Assembly: GCA_002269645.1 (NCBI GenBank)
Contig: NIVC01002236.1
Location: 126,855 to 190,854 of the forward strand
From: Macrostomum lignano
Lineage: Eukaryota
Length of the DNA stretch: 64,000 bases
Direction: 5' to 3'
Made by a program: the position numbers and the translations under genes. Positions 42,588 through 55,288 of this stretch are shown piece after piece; within the stretch, counting starts at the first letter, position 1; each line of letters opens with the position of its first letter. Under the pieces are notes generated by a model. That model worked only from the letters and a program-made list of their open reading frames with translations. It made no database searches and had not been told where the DNA came from.

Positions 42588-42838
42588 AAGCCTAGTGCTT
42601 AGAGCGTCGGGGGTTCGATTCCCGATCCCATTAGGAACAATTTGTGTCCTTGAGCCAGATACTTATAACTCTGCATTGCTTCAGTTCACCAGCTGTAAAA
42701 TGGGTGCCAGCATTAGCTGGGGTAATTGAGGGTGTGTGGCGACCCCCCCCCCCAGTCCTTGGACTGAACAGCCGTACGCAGCCTTCAGATGTCGGTTGCA
42801 CATCTTCCCATTGGGGCAGGTGTATCAAATTATTATTA
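42588..42838 (+). mobile_element. tRNA-derived SINE with CORE-like central domain
   Basis: A-box-like aagcctagtgcttagagc; B-box GGTTCGATTCC at 42612; tgtgtccttgagccagatactta..cagttcaccagctgtaaaatggg resembles the MIR/CORE block; (ATT)n tail. Confidence 0.75.
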
Positions 42839-42958
42839 GTAACTAAATGAGGATCTTGCATTTAAAGATTTAGATTTAAGAAAAACTAAAAATATTCATA
42901 TCTCACTACTCATTACTTGCATAACATATAGTAGTACTAATTCAGACAGACGCAATGT

Positions 42959-43453
42959 TTATTTAACATCATCAAAGCTAGGCGCAGACCCAGACTCAAT
43001 ATCCTGGATGAATGATTTATAATAAGCCTCGTATCTCTTGGCGCAGCGCATGACGTCATTGTGCGTGTCCTCGAATGCCCTCCTAGCATTGGGGTCGTCA
43101 AACGCTGAGTCATCTTTCAACAAGCCGTCAATCTGGGCCATAAACTTTCGGAAGTAGAGGCCGCACGGTCCCGTGACGTACTTGGCCACGCAACCGCAGT
43201 GCCAGTTGTAGCTGCCGTCCGGCCGCTTGAACCCCGGCAGGCTGTACTTCGTGTCGATGTCAAAGTAGTTGGTCATCGACATGGTGGGATAGGCGTCCCG
43301 GCGGGACAAGAAGGTGGCCGCGTGAGCGGGACGGTTGGGTCCGCCAGGGATCTGCTTGGACCACGACGGCCTCTGATCCTCACTAGGCAGCACCGGCGGC
43401 TGCTGCTCTGCGACTGGTTCCGCTTTTGTTGCAGTTGCAGGAGATGAAGACAT
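42959..43453 (-). CDS. Mia40/CHCHD4-like protein (164 aa), divergent, single coding exon
   Basis: PGFKRPDGSYNWHCGCVAKYVTGPCG..F matches the Mia40 G(L/F)..P.G.INW.CPC..G...GPCG block; MRCAKRYEAYY matches the C-terminal helix; acceptor ctgcAG immediately before ATG. Confidence 0.8.
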   Translation of the reverse strand: MSSSPATATKAEPVAEQQPPVLPSEDQRPSWSKQIPGGPNRPAHAATFLSRRDAYPTMSMTNYFDIDTKYSLPGFKRPDGSYNWHCGCVAKYVTGPCGLYFRKFMAQIDGLLKDDSAFDDPNARRAFEDTHNDVMRCAKRYEAYYKSFIQDIESGSAPSFDDVK

Positions 43454-43474
43454 TTGCTGCAGTCATGAAGGATC

Positions 43475-43985
43475 GAATTGGGGAGATTCTTGATGGGGAT
43501 TGAGGAGATTCTTGGAGGAAATTAAGAAGATTCTTGAATGGAATCGGGAAGATTCTTGAAGGGGAGTTGGGGAGATTCTTGAATGGGAGTTGGGGAGATT
43601 CTTGAAGAGAAATTGGGGAGATTCTTGATGGGGATTGGGGAGATTACTGAAGGGAAATTGGGGTGATTCTTAAAGGGGAATTGGGGAGATTCTTGAAGAG
43701 AAATTGGGGATGGGGAGATTCTTTAAGAGAAGTTGGGGAGCTTCTTGAAGAGAAATTGGGGAGATTCTTAAAAGGGAATTGGGAAGATTCTTAAATGGGA
43801 ATTGGGAAGATTCTTAAATGGGAATTGGGAAGATTCGTAAAGGGGAGTTAGGGAGATGCTTGAATGGGAATTGGGGAGATTCTTAAAGGGGAGTTGGGGA
43901 GATTCCTAAAGAGGAATTAGGGAGATTCTTGAAGGGGATTCGGGGAGATTCTTGAAAGGGATTTGGGGAGATTCTTAAAGGGGAA
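43475..43985. repeat. ~23-bp array GGGGAATTGGGGAGATTCTTGAA
   Basis: Direct reading. Confidence 0.93.
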
Positions 43986-44294
43986 TTTTGGAAATACAAA
44001 GATATTAGGAAAAAATAAAATAATTTGATATAACAACAGGAACTGGAAACATATAAAGGCCTAAAAAAGCATTTTGAACATCTGCAGATCCTTTATTTTA
44101 TCATTTTTATTTTTGAAAATTTAACTAAAAAGTTTTTAATCTTGTGTTTTGTTAAAATGCTGAATATTTCATGTATTAATGACATTAAAACGGCAACAAC
44201 AGTTCCATGCTTAGGAAGTGGCTCGAGCCGATAAATAGGTAGGATTTGAGAAGCTGGAAGTGGCCCAGCAACTCACACTCATGGAGGCTGGATG

Positions 44295-44665
44295 AGCAAC
44301 TGAGGATCTGGGAGGCTGGCCCAGCAACTGAAGATCTGGGAGGCTGGTGGCCCAGCAACTGAGGATCTGGGAGGCTGGTGGTCCAGCAACTGAGGATCTG
44401 GGAGGCTGGTGGTCCAGCAACTGAGGATCTGGGAGGCTGGTGGCCCAGCAACTGAGGATCTGGGAGGCTGGCCAAGGAACTGAGGATCTGGGAGGCTGGC
44501 CAAGGAACTGAGGATCTGGGAGGCTGGTGGCCCAGCAACTGAGGATCTGGGAGGCTGGCCAAGGAACTGAGGATCTGGGAGGCTGGCCAAGGAACTGAGG
44601 ATCTGGGAGGCTGGCCCGGCAACTGAGGATCTGGGAGGCTGGCCCGGCAACTGAGGATCTGAGAG
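44295..44665. repeat. 28-31-bp array GCAACTGAGGATCTGGGAGGCTGG(TGG)CCCA
   Basis: Direct reading. Confidence 0.93.
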
Positions 44666-44840
44666 GCTGAAAGTTTCATAGTCACGGAACTCAATAAAAA
44701 CCACTCAACGCACAATTTCACAAAACAACAATACTAAATCTATGGTATTCCTACAGCAAAGCCACTAAAAACGTATCATACTACTGCATGGAGAAGAGTA
44801 GCACAGTTCAGTAAAAAACGCATTTCCATAAAACACGACA

Positions 44841-45194
44841 TCAACTCGCTTCCCCCTTGCCAACTTTATTGAACAGCCTGTTGTAGTCATTCTTATCGAA
44901 AATTCTACTGGGAGCAGACGGGGCCAGCGGCTCCAGACCGCCTGCGGATGATGAGGCTTCAGCGGCAGCAGCTGCAGCTTCCCGAAGCAGTCGCTCGTCT
45001 CGTTGATCAGCCACTGACTTGTCTCGGCGGGCCGCTGCCTCCTGCGACTCTAAACTCGCTGGCGAGGTGAACAAGCGCTCAGCGTTGTAGCCAATGATGC
45101 CGATGACTACGGCGAATGGAAATGCGATTGCGTTGGCAACTGGACCGGCTCGGGCCATGAAAGTGCGCATCGCTTGCAGGATTACGGGTAGCAT
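44841..45194 (-). CDS. SMIM12: Small integral membrane protein 12 (UPF0767)
   Basis: MLPV..RT..FPFAVVIGIIGYNAE..KSVADQRDERLL matches SMIM12 MWPV..RT..FPVAFVVGAVGYHLE..KSISERREDRKL. Confidence 0.82.
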   Translation of the reverse strand: MLPVILQAMRTFMARAGPVANAIAFPFAVVIGIIGYNAERLFTSPASLESQEAAARRDKSVADQRDERLLREAAAAAAEASSSAGGLEPLAPSAPSRIFDKNDYNRLFNKVGKGEAS

Positions 45195-45269
45195 TGTTGC
45201 TTAGCTGGGACATGAATGGTGACGATATGTATCGAAAATACACATTGAATGAGTTTTAAATGAAATACA

Positions 45270-46765
45270 ATTGGGATTTCCCTAAATCCTAAATAACCGA
45301 ATGGAATTTCCCCAAATCCTAAATAACCGAATGGGATTTCCCCAAATCCTAAATAACCGAATGGGCTTTTCTTAAACCCTAAATAACCGAATGAGATTTT
45401 TCCAAATCCCGAATACTCAATAGGGATTTCCCCAAATCCTAAATAACCGAATGGGATTTCCCCAAATCCTAAATAACCGAATGGGCTTTTCTTAAACCCT
45501 AAATAACCGAATGAGATTTTTCCAAATCCCGAATACTCAATAGGGATTTCCCCAAATCCTAAATAACCGAATAGATTTCACCAAATCCTAAATAACCGAA
45601 TGAGATTTCCACAAATCCTAAATAACCGAATCAATGGGATTTCCTTAAATCCTGAATAACCGAATGAGATTTCCCCAAATCCTAAATAATTGAATGGGAT
45701 TTCCCCAAATCCTGAATACTCAATAGGGATTTCCCCGAATCCTAAATAACCGAATGGGATTTCCCCAAATCCTGAATACTCAATAGGGATTTCCCCGAAT
45801 CCTAAATAACCGAATGGGATTTCCCCAAATCCTGAATACTCAATAGGGATTTCCCCGAATCCTAAATAAACGAATGGGATTTCCCCAAATCCTGAATACT
45901 CAATAGGGATTTCCCCGAATCCTAAATAACCGAATGGGATTTCCCGAATCCTAAATAACCGAATGGGATTTCCCCAAATCCTAAATAACCGAATCAATGG
46001 GATTTCCCCAAATCCTAAATAGCCGAATAGATTTTACCAAATCCTAAATAACCGAATGGGATTTCCCCAAATCCTGAATACTCAATAGGGATTTCTCCGA
46101 ATCCTAAATAACCGAATGGGATTTCCCCAAATCCTGAATACTCAATAGGGATTTCTCCGAATCCTAAATAACCGAATGGGATTTCCCCAAATCCTGAATA
46201 CTCAATAGGGATTTCTCCGAATCCTAAATAACCGAATGGGATTTCCCCAAATCCTGAATACTCAATAGGGATTTCCCCGAATCCTAAATAACCGAATGGG
46301 ATTTCCCCGAATCCTAAATAACCGAATGGGATTTCCCCAAATCCTGAATACTCAATAGGGATTTCTCCGAATCCTAAATAACCGAATGGGATTTCCCCAA
46401 ATCCTGAATACTCAATAGGGATTTCCCCGAATCCTAAATAACCGAATGGGATTTCCCCGAATCCTAAATAACCGAATGGGATTTCCCCAAATCCTAAATA
46501 ACCGAATCAATGGGATTTCCCCAAATCCTAAATAGCCGAATAGATTTTACCAAATCCTAAATAACCGAATGGGATTTCCCCAAATCCTGAATACTCAATA
46601 GGGATTTCTCCGAATCCTAAATAACCGAATGGGATTTCCCCAAATCCTGAATACTCAATAGGGATTTCCCCGAATCCTAAATAAACGAATGGGATTTCCC
46701 CAAATCTTGAATACTCAATAGGGATTTCTCCGAATCCTAAATAACCGAATGGGATTTCCGCTAAA
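45270..46765. repeat. 30-bp satellite with alternating variants (60-bp dimer) ATCCTAAATAACCGAATGGGATTTCCCCAA
   Basis: Direct reading. Confidence 0.96.
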
Positions 46766-47559
46766 TCCTGCATTTTACCACGGACAAAAAATTAAAACTA
46801 GTCAGATGTAGAACAACTGCTAATTAAAGTTTATTTGGCAACAATGATCAATGAATTACGATCTTTTAAAGCAATACATAAACATATATATGCATTAAAA
46901 TTGTTACAAAAAAAATTCTGTTAAGGGAAGAGGTGTGAAACAAAAAAATTAAGTAACTAGCTAGTAAGTAAAACAAGCACTTCAGCTGCATATCAAAGTG
47001 CTTTACGATGGTTTTTGGTATTAAAAAAAAGTGACTGCAAAAATAAGGAAAACAGAGTAATGACATTGGAACAGAACAATAGCCACAACCACACCCGACA
47101 CCAGTAACAGCCAACTATGAAAAAAAACAACCAACACAAAATTGAAAGACGATGTTAAAAAAAACAAACACAGACTCAAAAAAGGTCCCCGAAGTTCCGT
47201 TTGAATTAAAACATAACCAACACAACAGTAAAACAGGGAAGCATTTATGTGGAGAGATTTTCAAATTCCACAAACTGGAATAACGATCCTTTTAATTGAA
47301 GAATTGAAAATAATAACACAACATATCGGTAGAATGTCTAAAAGCAGGCAAAACATTTGTGCAGGAAAAAATTAAAATACAATTATTGTCAAGGAAAATA
47401 GGACTATATTATTTAATAAATATATCAAATATTATGCGCTTAATTAAGGAAAACTACAAATTGCAAGAGACTGAAAATCAGCAGCCAACAAACCCGCATG
47501 AGTCCAAAACTCATTGCTTGCATACTACTTACTGACAAGCATGTGTTCGGGCCGCTGTA

Positions 47560-48135
47560 CATGCATGGGATGCAGGGAGATGCAGGAAGATTTAGGGAGA
47601 TGTAGGGAGACGCAGGGACATGAAAGAGATGTAGGGAAATGCAGGGAGATGTAGTGAGATGCATGGGATGTAGGGAGATGCAGGGAGATGTAGTGAGATG
47701 CATGGGATGTAGGGAGATGCAGGGAAATGTAGGGAGATGTATGGGATGTAGGGAGATGCAGGGAGATGCAGGGAGATGCATGGGATGTAGGGAGATGCAT
47801 GGGATGTAGAGAGATGCAGGGAGATGCAGGGGATGTAGGGAGATGCATGGGATGTAAGGAGATGCATGGGATGTAGGGAGATGCAGGGGATGTAGGGAGA
47901 TGCATGGGGATGCAGGGAGATGCAGGGAGATGCAGGGAGATGCAGGGAGATGTAGGGAGATGCATGGGATGTAGGGAGATCGATGGGATGCAGGGAGATG
48001 CACGGAAATTCATGGGATGTAGGGAGATGCATGGGATGTAGGGAGATCCATGGGATGCAGGGAAATACATGGGATGTAGGGACATGCATGGGATGTAGGG
48101 AGATCCATGGGATGCAGGGAGATGCAGGGAGATGA
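47560..48135. repeat. TGCATCTCCC-family array (minus orientation)
   Basis: Direct reading. Confidence 0.93.
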
Positions 48136-48295
48136 GCATTGTTAGCTTTTAATCTTTAGTATTTCAGCTACCGCAATGACCAAAATTTGTTCATAGATGA
48201 AAAAATGAATTTTTGACCGCCAATAAACAAGTAAATAAACAAATAAACAAACAAATAAACATTTGCCAGCCCGTCAATCATTGAAACTCAGTCGA

Positions 48296-51200
48296 TCATC
48301 GCTTCGGAATGCCAATAGGCCCATAGTCAGGGAACAGGTGACTCATAATAAACAGAGCAATATCTTCATGACTCCAATAGGCGGTGTGACTGGTGAGCAC
48401 ACTTACATATGAGGACTCATAGCGGCCTTCTCTCAGCTGATAGTCCAGTCTGTGCTCAAGTTCGGTCCTGTGCTGCATCGAGTCGTACACATTTACAGCC
48501 GGCCGACTACTGTTCGAGGCTGGCGCAGCCTCTCCATTAGCTTCATCAGCGCCCAGCATCAGATCATCGGCAGCATCTTCAACGTAGTTGCTAGCAAAAG
48601 TTTTCAGTTCCGACATGACGGGAGGCCCAGTTGAGCTGACTGAGACTGCTGTAGCTGAAGCTGACGACGCCACGGAACCGCTGGCAGATGCAGTCTTGCG
48701 AAAGCTCGAAAGTCTGGATGGACTGTAGGCTGAGTCACCTGATGGAGACGGCAGCTGCGGCGGCTGCTGCTGCCCCTTGCCAGTGAATCTTGACAGAAAC
48801 GTGTTGAACCGGTCTAGGGGTGAGAAATACAGATAGTGACACATAATCACAGATAATCACATAATCACAGATAATCACATAATCACAGATAATCACAGAT
48901 AATCACACAATCACAGATAATCACATAATCACAGATAATCACATAATCACAGATAATCACATAATCACAGATAATCACACATAATCACACAATCACAGAT
49001 AATCACATAATCACAGATAATCACATAATCACAGATAATCACATAATCACAGATAATCACACATAATCACAGATAATCACAGACAATCACAGATAATCAC
49101 ATAATCACAGATAATCACACATAATCACAGATAATCACAGACAATCACAGATAATCACATAATCACAGATAATCACACATAATCACAGATAATCACAGAC
49201 AATCACAGATAATCACATAATCACAGATAATCACATAATCACAGATAATCACAGATAATCACACAATCACAGATAATCACATAATCACAGATAATCACAG
49301 ATAATCACACAATCACAGATAATCACATAATCACAGATAATCACACAGCGGCTCTTTGACTTTCTAATCGTCAGGCGTGAGAGCACAGGAAGGCTGGATA
49401 TACAATAATAAAATAGCGACTGTCACTACGTCAAGCATCGATTTGGAAAAAGCAATATAAACCAGTAAATTGTTAAATAATTTTGCTACCAATTCTTTAT
49501 AATAGATAAAAATTATTTAGAAATTAGAGCCCAGATAAAATGGGAAAAATGATTTTTTTATTAGCTAAAACCTTAAATATTATAAAAACTATGAACCAGA
49601 GTAGTTTATAATGAGAGTTTATATATTGCGAAAATATATTGCACATCTATCTTCTACAAGCTAAACTTTAGTATTGATAGATTACTGTAAGCCAGTAAAA
49701 GGATTACCAATGTATTCTGAAATAATATAACAAAAATACTAAGAAAGTATAGATAATAAAATTTAAATTTAATATGCAAATTTGTGCGAATAAAATTATT
49801 TGCAAAGGATATCTACCATGCCAAATTAGTGTTGGATAACATGCAAACTAATTGAAGGTCTAATGTACATCTAGGGTGGGGTTGTGGGGGCTAGTGTACA
49901 TCTAGGGTGGGGTTGTGGGGGCTAGTGTACATCTAGGGTAGGTTTGTGGGGCTAGTGTACATCTAGGGTAGGTTTGTGGGGCTAGTGTACATCTAGGGTG
50001 GGGATGTGGGGAGCCAGTGTACATCTAGGGTGGGGATGTGGGGAGCCAGTGTACATCTAGGGTGGGGTTGTGGGGAGCCAGTGTACATCTAGGGTGGGGA
50101 TGTGGGGAGCCAGTGTACATCTAGGGTGGGGATGTGGGGAGCCAGTGTAGATCTAGGGTGGGGTTGTGGGGAGCCAGTGTACATTTAGGGTGGGAATGTG
50201 GGGAGCCAGTGTACATCTAGGGTGGGGATGTGGGGAGCCAGTGTACATCTAGGGTGGGGTTGTGGGGAGCCAGTGTACATCTAGGGTTAGATTGTGGGGT
50301 TTAAAATCATTGGAAATCATTTATAAAATTAAATGCATTCACTAACACAAGTACATATAAATGCACACATATAACCAATGATGGAACATAAAGATTCAGA
50401 TATAGCACAACATTAATCAGGATTTTAAAACACACAACAGCATAAAACAAAATCACACATCGGCGGTGAAACGAACCTGACAGTGAGGCATCGCTAGCCA
50501 CAGCTCTTAGAGTGGCTGGGTGTTCTGTTACGGCACACACTTGGCCTGATATTTGGTAGTTAATGCACGCAATATTAATGATAGCAAGGAAAGCTATAGG
50601 GCATAGGCGTAGGGATAGACCAGATTTATCGGTCTGTAGTTAAATATGGCTGACTATGGGTTTTTTAGAAGGTAAGAAATTAGATAATCGATAAAAAATT
50701 AGATAACTAAGGGAGGTAGCTCGTAATTAATTAAGCATGTATTTAGAATTTTACTGAATAAACGGTAAATAAATTATATTTTTTATATTGACAACTTAAA
50801 TAATCAATTAAAATTGAGAGAGATGGGAGGAGAGACGCAGATGGAGAGGGGTGGGAGAGGGGGATGGAGGGGAGACAGGAAGATTAGAGAGCCGACCGGT
50901 AGATAGTAGGGGAGAGGATGGGAGGTGGAGAGAGGTAGAAAGTAGATAGGGGGGGAGAAAGGTAAAATGATGGGGGTGGGAGATAGGAGGGAACAAAGAG
51001 GAAATGGGAGGGAGAGAGGGAAATGGGAGGGAGAGAGGGTGATGAGAGGGAGAGAGGGAACTGGGAGGGAAGAGGGAGATGAGAGGGAGAGAGGGAGATG
51101 GGAGGGAGAGAGGGAGATGAGAGGGAGAGAGGGAGATGGGAGGGAAGAGGGAGATGAGAGGGAGAGAGGGAGATGAGAGGGAGAGAGGGAGATGAGAGGG

Positions 51201-54200
51201 AGAGAGGGAGATGGGAGGGAGAGAGGGAGATGAGAGGGAGAGAGGGAGATGGGAGGGAAGAGGTTGATGAGAGGGCGAGAGGGAAATGGGAGGGAAGAGG
51301 GAGATGAGAGGGAGAGAGGGAGATGAGAGGGAGAGAGGGAGATGGGAGGGAGAGAGGGAGATGAGAGGGAGAGAGGGAGATGAGAGGGAGAGAGGGAGAT
51401 GGGAGGGAAGAGGGAGATGAGAGGGAGAGAGGGAGATGGCAGGGAAGAGGGAGAGAGGGAGATGGGAGGGAGAGAGGGAGATGAGAGGGAGAGAGGGAGA
51501 TGAGAGGGAGAGAGGGAGATGGGAGGGAGAGAGGGAGATGGGAGGGAGAGAGGGAGATGGGAGGGAGAGAGGGAGATGGGAGGGAGAGAGGGAAATGGGA
51601 GGGAGAGAGGGAGATGAGAGGGAGAGAGGGAGATGGGAGGGAGAGAGGGAGATGAGAGGGAGAGAGGGAGATGAGAGGGAGAGAGGGAGATGGGAGGGAA
51701 GAGGGAGATGAGAGGGAGAGAGGGAGATGGCAGGGAAGAGGGAGAGAGGGAGATGGGAGGGAGAGAGGGAGATGAGAGGGAGAGAGGGAGATGAGAGGGA
51801 GAGAGGGAGATGGGAGGGAGAGAGGGAGATGGGAGGGAGAGAGGGAGATGGGAGGGAGAGAGGGAGATGGGAGGGAGAGAGGGAAATGGGAGGGAGAGAG
51901 GGAGATGAGAGGGAGAGAGGGAGATGGGGAAATGGCAGGGAAGAGGGAGAGAGGGAGATGGGAGGGAAGACACAAATTCAGCAATTCGTCGGCAGAGAAA
52001 CACCGAAACCCGGAGCTGTGGCCAGCAAGTATCGGGGGGGGGAGCTCAAAGACACGAGTACAACCCCGGAGGAACTCACTAATACTGCTAGGCTTGTCTC
52101 CGCTGCCAGCTGCAATATCGGAGGCATCGAGAGCGCTGGAGTCCTGGCCGGAGCCGCCGCCGCAAGCTCCGGTGTCGCTGTGCCGAGACGAGAGCTCGTC
52201 AAAGTTCAACTCCGGCGGTGACGAGTCGCCAGAGTGCAGCAGAAGATGAGCAGCAGCGAACTGTTGCTGTTGTTGTTGTTGTTGTTGCTGCTGCTGTTGC
52301 TTCCGCTGGCGTTGGCCACTAGGAGAAGAGGCTGCAGCAGCCATGCTTTGGTGAAGCGGCTCCTGAGGCAGAGTGTGATACGGCGGCTTGTTCATGGCGT
52401 CGACTCGGTGGATGTGCACCGGCTGGATGGTGGAGTAGTGCTTCAGGATCAGCGGCTCCAGACGGTAGGCCTTAAGAAAAATAAGTTAAAAAAATCAATT
52501 CTAGACGTGAGATTTGTACTTTTATGGCAATTAGTTATAGGAGATATAGATTTCCCTTACATGAGGATATGGGAGATTTCCCTGACATGAGGATATGGGA
52601 GATTTCCCTGACATGAGGATATGGGAGAATTCCTGACACGAGGATATGGGAGATTTCCCTGACATGAGGATATGGGAGATTTCCCTGACATGAGGATATG
52701 GGAGATTTCCCTGACATGAGGATATGGGAGAATTCCCTGACATGAGGATATGGGAGATTTCCCTGACATGAGGATATGGGAGATTTCCCTGACATGAGGA
52801 TGTGGGGTAATTCCCTGACATGAGGATATGGGAGATTTCCCTGACATGAGGATATGGGAGATTTCCCTGACATGAGGATATGGGAGAATTCCCTGACATG
52901 AGGATATGGGAGATTTCCCTGACATGAGGATATGGGAGATTTCCCTGACATGAGGATATGGGAGATTTCCCTGACATGAGGATATGGGAGAGTTCCCTGA
53001 CATGAGGATATGGGAGAATTTCCTGACACGAGGATATGGGAGAGTTCCCTGACATGAGGATATGGGAGAATTCCCTAACACGAGAACATGGGAGCATTCT
53101 TCGACATGAGGATATGGGCAAATTTCCCAACGGAGCTAATAACAAAATAAAAATAAAATTGAAATTGAAATTTATACTTACAACAGGATCAGCTGGGTGG
53201 TAAATATTATAGATTCGGTTCACAATAGACTTTGGCACAATATCCTCCTGGGTGCCGTTGCCCTTTGGTCGAATGCCGCGCAGAGCCAGAAACACGGCGA
53301 GAGGAGAGCCGAGACAGAACAGATTCTCCAGCTGTTGTGTTCGGAGGTTTTGACATCCAATTAAGATGGAGATTAATCTTTATGAACTAATAATTATTAA
53401 TTGATATGTGCACCCAAATGTACACCTATCACGAAACAATATTAAACAGTGTACAGTCAGCCAGTTAGAAAAGCCAATCCCAGAACCCCCCATCAATCCT
53501 AGGCAGTGTACATTCAGCCAGTTAGAAAACTCAACCCCAGAACGACCACCTTACTCCACCGCATCAATCCTAGGCAGTGTACATTCATCCAGTTAGAAAA
53601 CCCAACCCCAGAACCACCACCCTACTCCACCGCATCAATCCAGGCAGTGTACATTCAGCCAGTTAGAATAGCCAACCCCAGAACCACCACCCCACTCCAC
53701 CGCATCAATCCAGGCAGTGTACATTCAGCCAGTTAGAAAACTCAACCCCAGAACGACCACCCCACTCCACCGCATCAATCCAGGCAGTGTACATTCAGCC
53801 AGTTAGAATAGCCAACCCCAGAACGACCACCCCACTCCACCGCATCAATCCAGGCAGTGTACATTCAGCCAGTTAGAATAGCCAACCCCAGAACGACCAC
53901 CCCACTCCACCGCATCAATCCAGGCAGTGTACATTCAGCCAGTTAGAATAGCCAACCCCAGAACCACCACCCCACTCCACCGCATCAATCCAGGCAGTAT
54001 AAATTCAGTCAGTTAGAATAGCCAACCCCAGAACCACCACCCCACTTCACCGCATCAATCCAGGCAGTGTACATTCAGCCAGTTAGAATAGCCAACCCCA
54101 GAACGACCACCCCACTCCACCGCATCAATCCTAGGTAGTGTACATTCAGCCAGTTAGAATAGCCAACCCCAGAACGACCACCCCACTCCACTGCATTAAT

Positions 54201-55157
54201 CCTAGGTAGTGTACATTCAGCCAGTTAGAATAGCCAACCCCAGAACCACCACCCCACTCCACCGCATCAATCCAGGCAGTGTACATTCATCCAGTTGAAT
54301 AGCCAACCGAAGAACCCCCACACCAAACCCTAGCAAGTCTGGGCAGTGTACACTATCAACCTTAATAGAATAGATAGAATAGAATACTTGTATATTTAGT
54401 TAATTTTGGTAAATTTTGCCACAAAGATCATCCGGAGATGATATTAACAAACTGCATGGTTATACCAAAAGAAAGAGACAATTCTCATCACTCATAGTTA
54501 AAAAGCACAGCTGGCATGTACCTGGCAATAATAAAACACAAGCGCATGTCAATGTACATAAACTTTTCAATTTAATAATTAATAAAGACACCTCAATATA
54601 TTAAGTTAAGCCCCTTCACCAGTTAAAATTGATGTTATCTGGCAAATGGTTACTTGTTAATGATTAGTTGCATTACCTGCGGCAAACCTCTCCATAGGGG
54701 ACCGGATTTAAAATTACTAGGAAAATTGGCTTGCTGCAAAAATGTTTTCATTTTGGCGCAATTATTGCATTTTTGACTACTTATAAGTATACAAAGATGT
54801 ATAATAATTGTTCGCATTGTTAGTAATATTTACATTCATTATCCAATAAATTCATAACTTACCCGAAAATTGGTGCAAGAATTAGCGCTTTTGTGCTGCT
54901 TCTCGGCCATAGACAGCAGGGAGTACTCCAGTTCCGTTACTCTGAAACAGTGATTCAGTATCAATAAGTACTGACCTGCTGCAGAAGCACACTGCTCACA
55001 ATTGCTTACTTCTTGCGAGCCTCGTCCAGTTCTTTCAGCACCTGCTGACACTCCTCTCTGTCGTTGGACTTGTCGTTCTGAAATTTGAAGATTTATGTGT
55101 TTGTCAATATGGACTGAACTCGAGATTTCATGGCTGCATGGAGACAAATGGGGATGG

Positions 55158-55226
<69 letters not shown>

Positions 55227-55237
55227 AACAGACACAC

Positions 55238-55288
<51 letters not shown>

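Noticed and set aside
42588-42630. Possible tRNA gene
   Set aside because: No full cloverleaf; it continues into a SINE body and tail.
50884-52079. Pro/Ser-rich extension of the 511-aa ORF
   Set aside because: The real exon ends at the GTGAGT donor (52079); the rest is intronic purine repeat read through.
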